DNA of 64,000 bases from Nitrosopumilus sp. (GTDB lineage Archaea > Thermoproteota > Nitrososphaeria > Nitrososphaerales > Nitrosopumilaceae). The notes under the pieces were generated by a model. It had not been told where the DNA came from and made no database searches. It worked only from the letters and a program-made list of their open reading frames with translations. How positions within the stretch are numbered: position 1 is the stretch's first letter; each line of letters begins with the position of its first letter. Where the stretch lies: positions 416,001 to 480,000 of the forward strand of contig OZ250186.1 of NCBI GenBank assembly GCA_965238275.1, written 5' to 3'. Shown piece after piece: positions 60,906-64,000 of this stretch. The position numbers were made by a program, and so were the translations under genes.

Positions 60906-62675
60906 GTAATTGTTTCGCTTTTTGAAGTACCCCGGATGGCCTAGCGGGCATCCATGGCGCCGGGAATAAATCTAATGATTTCGTGCTCGGGACGACAAAG
61001 CTAGACTGTCGTGATCTAAATGTGAGTGGGTGCTAGTTCCTTCGAGATAGCAAATGAAGAAACCAGCACACCAGACATGCTTGGAGGTGGAGGAATTTAA
61101 GGCAATACACGAGCCCTCCTTACACTTACCACAAATCCTTCCTGATGCCGGGGCGTGCATGAAACCAGAATGCAGGTGTTGTCGGTTCTGGACAAGGGTG
61201 CTTGGCGATACGATCGGCTTGACAGGCAAGATCTTGGAGGCTGCTGCCGCCGAAGTTGCAGGCAGGCCAGGCGCCAACTGCAAGGAGATCGAGGACCTGC
61301 AGGCACTCGTCTCATCCCTCACAGAGGACAACAAGAGGTACGCCAAGGCCAACAGGGAGCTTAACGCCAAGGCCAACAGGATCAACATCCCCACCGTGAC
61401 CAAGAAAAAGGCAGGCCCAAGGAAGGCCGGCAGGCCCAAGGGGCAAAAACCCACCATCAACTGCAGGCCAAAACGCGTCGACCGCGTCGAGGAGATCGAC
61501 TGCAAGGAATGTCCCGACTGTGGCAACGACAATCTTTCGGACGTGACTGACAGGTACGATCGCATCGTGACTGTCATGCGCGTCATACTGGAAAACGTCA
61601 GGTACGTCATCAAGCGGCGCTGGTGCCGCGGGTGCAAAAAACAGGTCTCTGGAAGGGTTCCCGGCGCGGCAAAACACGCGCGCCGTTCATCAAACTTTGA
61701 TGCGGCCATGACGTCCCTGAACATGAACGGTTTGTCGCATGCCAGGGCCGCAGAATTTGGCAGTGACGCGTGGGGGCACAAAATCTCGCGCCCGTCTGCA
61801 TACCGCGGCAAGATCAGGCAGGCAGAGCGCATGGCACCGGAGCGTGATTCTGTAAGAAAGCGCGTGTTAGAGGCGCCACACCTGAACGCAGACGAATTCC
61901 ACTGGCCGTTGGGCGGCAAACGCGGCTACGGGATAGTGGCCCTGGCAAAAGACGCCTGCCTCGTGGAGGTGACCGGCTCGCGGGGCATCAAGACGCTTTG
62001 CCACACACTCCCGGACTACAAGGGAACCATAACGCAGGACTCGTATGCAGGATGGCTCCACGTGGGATCGTGCCGCCAGATGTGCGTGTGGCACCAGGAA
62101 CGCCTGGTGCAAAAGGACGTCCTGACCAACCCCAAAGGTGACGTTCCAAAGTTTCTGGACAGGCTGTCGGCAATCCACGATAAGATTTATCGCGCATCCA
62201 GAATCGAGGACGGGCACACGAGGATCGTCGCGGCCCACTGCATAGACGCGGAGCTGCGCGGGCTGATGAACGAACCGTTTGCAGACGATGGGCACGGCAC
62301 CATCGCCAGACACAAGAAGAGGAACCCCCGGGAGGGATACTTTATGACCACCTGCCTGCACGTGGACGGCATCGAGCCGGACAACAACGCAGTGGAGAGG
62401 GTCAACCGGAGGTTCGTGGCCATAAGGAGCGACGGGGGCGGAAACCGCTCCCAGAAGGGCATGGATGCCAACTCGATCCTGTTCACGCTGCTGGCAACTG
62501 ACAGGATCAACGCGAACAGTTTCTTTGATCATCTGGTCCGCTCGTCCTCTGGAGACAGTTGAGGCATCATCTGACGGCACGTATGGTGCATCACGGGAAA
62601 AAAGATTCCACGGCAAGGGAAAGGCTGCACCTGCTCCACTGTTAGGCAGGCCACTTCAAAAAGCGAAACTGTTAC
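60906..62675 (+). mobile_element. IS66-family element, 1770 bp
   Basis: 23-bp TIR gtaattgtttcgctttttgaagt/acttcaaaaagcgaaactgttac (21/23); 8-bp TSD aaatttat (60898-905, 62676-83). Confidence 0.93.
61054..62562 (+). CDS. IS66 transposase
   Basis: GRPKGQK, CPDC/CRGC, ADEFH, QDSYAGW, QMCVWH, DNNAVERVNR. Confidence 0.9.
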   Translation: MKKPAHQTCLEVEEFKAIHEPSLHLPQILPDAGACMKPECRCCRFWTRVLGDTIGLTGKILEAAAAEVAGRPGANCKEIEDLQALVSSLTEDNKRYAKANRELNAKANRINIPTVTKKKAGPRKAGRPKGQKPTINCRPKRVDRVEEIDCKECPDCGNDNLSDVTDRYDRIVTVMRVILENVRYVIKRRWCRGCKKQVSGRVPGAAKHARRSSNFDAAMTSLNMNGLSHARAAEFGSDAWGHKISRPSAYRGKIRQAERMAPERDSVRKRVLEAPHLNADEFHWPLGGKRGYGIVALAKDACLVEVTGSRGIKTLCHTLPDYKGTITQDSYAGWLHVGSCRQMCVWHQERLVQKDVLTNPKGDVPKFLDRLSAIHDKIYRASRIEDGHTRIVAAHCIDAELRGLMNEPFADDGHGTIARHKKRNPREGYFMTTCLHVDGIEPDNNAVERVNRRFVAIRSDGGGNRSQKGMDANSILFTLLATDRINANSFFDHLVRSSSGDS

Positions 62676-62921
62676 AAATTTATCTTGTTTTTTCATGTCA
62701 AAAATATACGATTTCCAGAGCTGGAAAATAAGACGTGTTCAGTGGAGGTATGGCATCTGTCCAAGGAAAATGACGGCACTTGATTTTTTCTGATCATCGG
62801 ACAGATTCAAGATGCCAATCACGAATCAAGTCCCATGTTCGACGATGGAACATCTTTTCGTATTGCATAAGATCTGCAAATGCACAATACAAATAATACC
62901 AACAATTTGTCAATTCCAACA

Positions 62922-63254
62922 ATGGGTAATTCTAGGGATAAAGCTAGGGATTGGCTTCGCTGACATCCTCATTTATACGCATTCTATAACCAAGCTAGAC
63001 TTCGAAAAATTACCTCGAGTTTGAGGGGATTGCCTGATTTTGTTATTATCGGTGCACAGAAATTCGGAACTACGCTGTATGACTTTGTTATCTGGTATCC
63101 AGAGATTGCTCCTGCCTTGAAAAAAGAGATAGATTATTTTTCTATAAAATATAAGTTTGGCGAACAATGGTATCGTTCTAATTTTCCAACCAATTTGTCA
63201 AGACGTTACTTTACAAAAAAACAGGGCGGAAGCTTCTCAGCGGGGAAGCCAGCC
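62922..63254 (+). pseudogene. Second sulfotransferase copy, degraded and truncated
   Basis: MGNSRDKARDWLR* (TGA at 62961), then LRGLPDFVIIGAQKFGTTLY; frameshift near 63215; similarity ends near 63254. Confidence 0.85.
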
Positions 63255-63312
63255 AGAGGGTTCTGTAACGTTATCGGGAGCTGGAATATGGATCTTCTCT
63301 GGGGTGATCTAG

Positions 63313-63999
63313 TTAGTTGCAGACAGATTTCACAAAATCCAAGAATGATTTCTGAAACATGGAAGCATCATACCGTTCCACATGCTTTTGCAGGAAAGGC
63401 AGATGGTGATCATATTCCCCTGCAATGGCCTTCTCAACCTTCTCCCGCATCGCGTTCAAATCATTGGGCACGTACCGCAAATCTGACACCGGCACCGTTT
63501 CTTTGGTTCCGCCAGCGTCAGGCACGACCGGCACGCATCCTGCCGCCATTGCTTCTACTACCGATATGCCAAAATCCTCGATCATTGCGTGCAAGTACAC
63601 CTTGGTGCCACGTAATCTGTCACTCATTTCCTTGATTGACACGTTTGGTACTAACTGCACGCTCGGATACTTTGCCCGTAGCATGTCACGGTGTGCCCGT
63701 TCTTTGGAATCACGCATTTGTCCCATGATGGTGTATGGCGACCCTAAGCGCGTCATGACATCGCATGCAAGTCCATATTGCTTGCGTTTGCCAAACGTTC
63801 CAACGCTGGCAACGCCGGATCTCTCTGTTTGATCCTTGGCCTTGAATTTCCCTATGTCAACGCCTGGATACATCACTGTTGATTCACGACCCGTATCCTC
63901 GCGTACCACGCCAGCCGTGTATTGGGAATTTGTAATGACATGGACGTTTTTATCCTCCCTTATGCGCCGTCGCATCTTTTGCATTCGTCTCTCAAACAT
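63313..63999 (-). CDS. GT4/GT-B glycosyltransferase, 5' end outside the window
   Basis: NSQYT, YPGVD, EDFGISVVEAMAAGCVPV. Confidence 0.88.
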   Translation of the reverse strand: MFERRMQKMRRRIREDKNVHVITNSQYTAGVVREDTGRESTVMYPGVDIGKFKAKDQTERSGVASVGTFGKRKQYGLACDVMTRLGSPYTIMGQMRDSKERAHRDMLRAKYPSVQLVPNVSIKEMSDRLRGTKVYLHAMIEDFGISVVEAMAAGCVPVVPDAGGTKETVPVSDLRYVPNDLNAMREKVEKAIAGEYDHHLPFLQKHVERYDASMFQKSFLDFVKSVCN

Positions 64000-64000
64000 G

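Larger units (their letters stand above)
60788..62765 (-). mobile_element. Right-end remnant of an ISL2-like element, split by IS66
   Basis: 60788-60905 plus about 62684-62765 align by eye with the reverse complement of about 58855-59040, including TIR agatcctatgcagaatgtg. Confidence 0.75.

Overview
This 64 kb window is from an ammonia-oxidising archaeon (Nitrososphaerota, Nitrosopumilaceae-like). The assignment rests on the adjacent 4-hydroxybutyryl-CoA dehydratase and ADP-forming ligase genes of the 3HP/4HB cycle, a thaumarchaeal heme-copper oxidase cluster, F420 enzymes and three archaeal tRNAs (Val-TAC, Lys-CTT, Arg-TCG). Core genes alternate with heavily IS-invaded accessory blocks. I could delimit six elements by terminal inverted repeats (TIRs) and target-site duplications (TSDs): one IS5-like, two ISL2/PIF-like, two IS66 and one TnpB element, plus an IS630 relic. 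The most striking observation is the 1516-bp element at 10721-12236. It encodes only a TnpB-family nuclease with intact RuvC motifs, yet it has 25-bp TIRs and a TA duplication, the IS630/Tc1-mariner-type architecture rather than IS200/IS605 or IS607. It splits a K+ channel gene just before the TIGYG filter. That gene lies in an unusual operon with an ATP-grasp ligase fused to a degenerate M20 domain, a gamma-glutamyltransferase and an N-formylglutamate amidohydrolase. Other accessory features are a defence islet beside tRNA-Lys (HNH, Fic, HEPN), a J-like protein lacking HPD, a truncated coupling-type ATPase, and a repeatedly duplicated, decaying glycosyltransferase/sulfotransferase locus. All product calls come from motif recognition by eye; no database searches were run.
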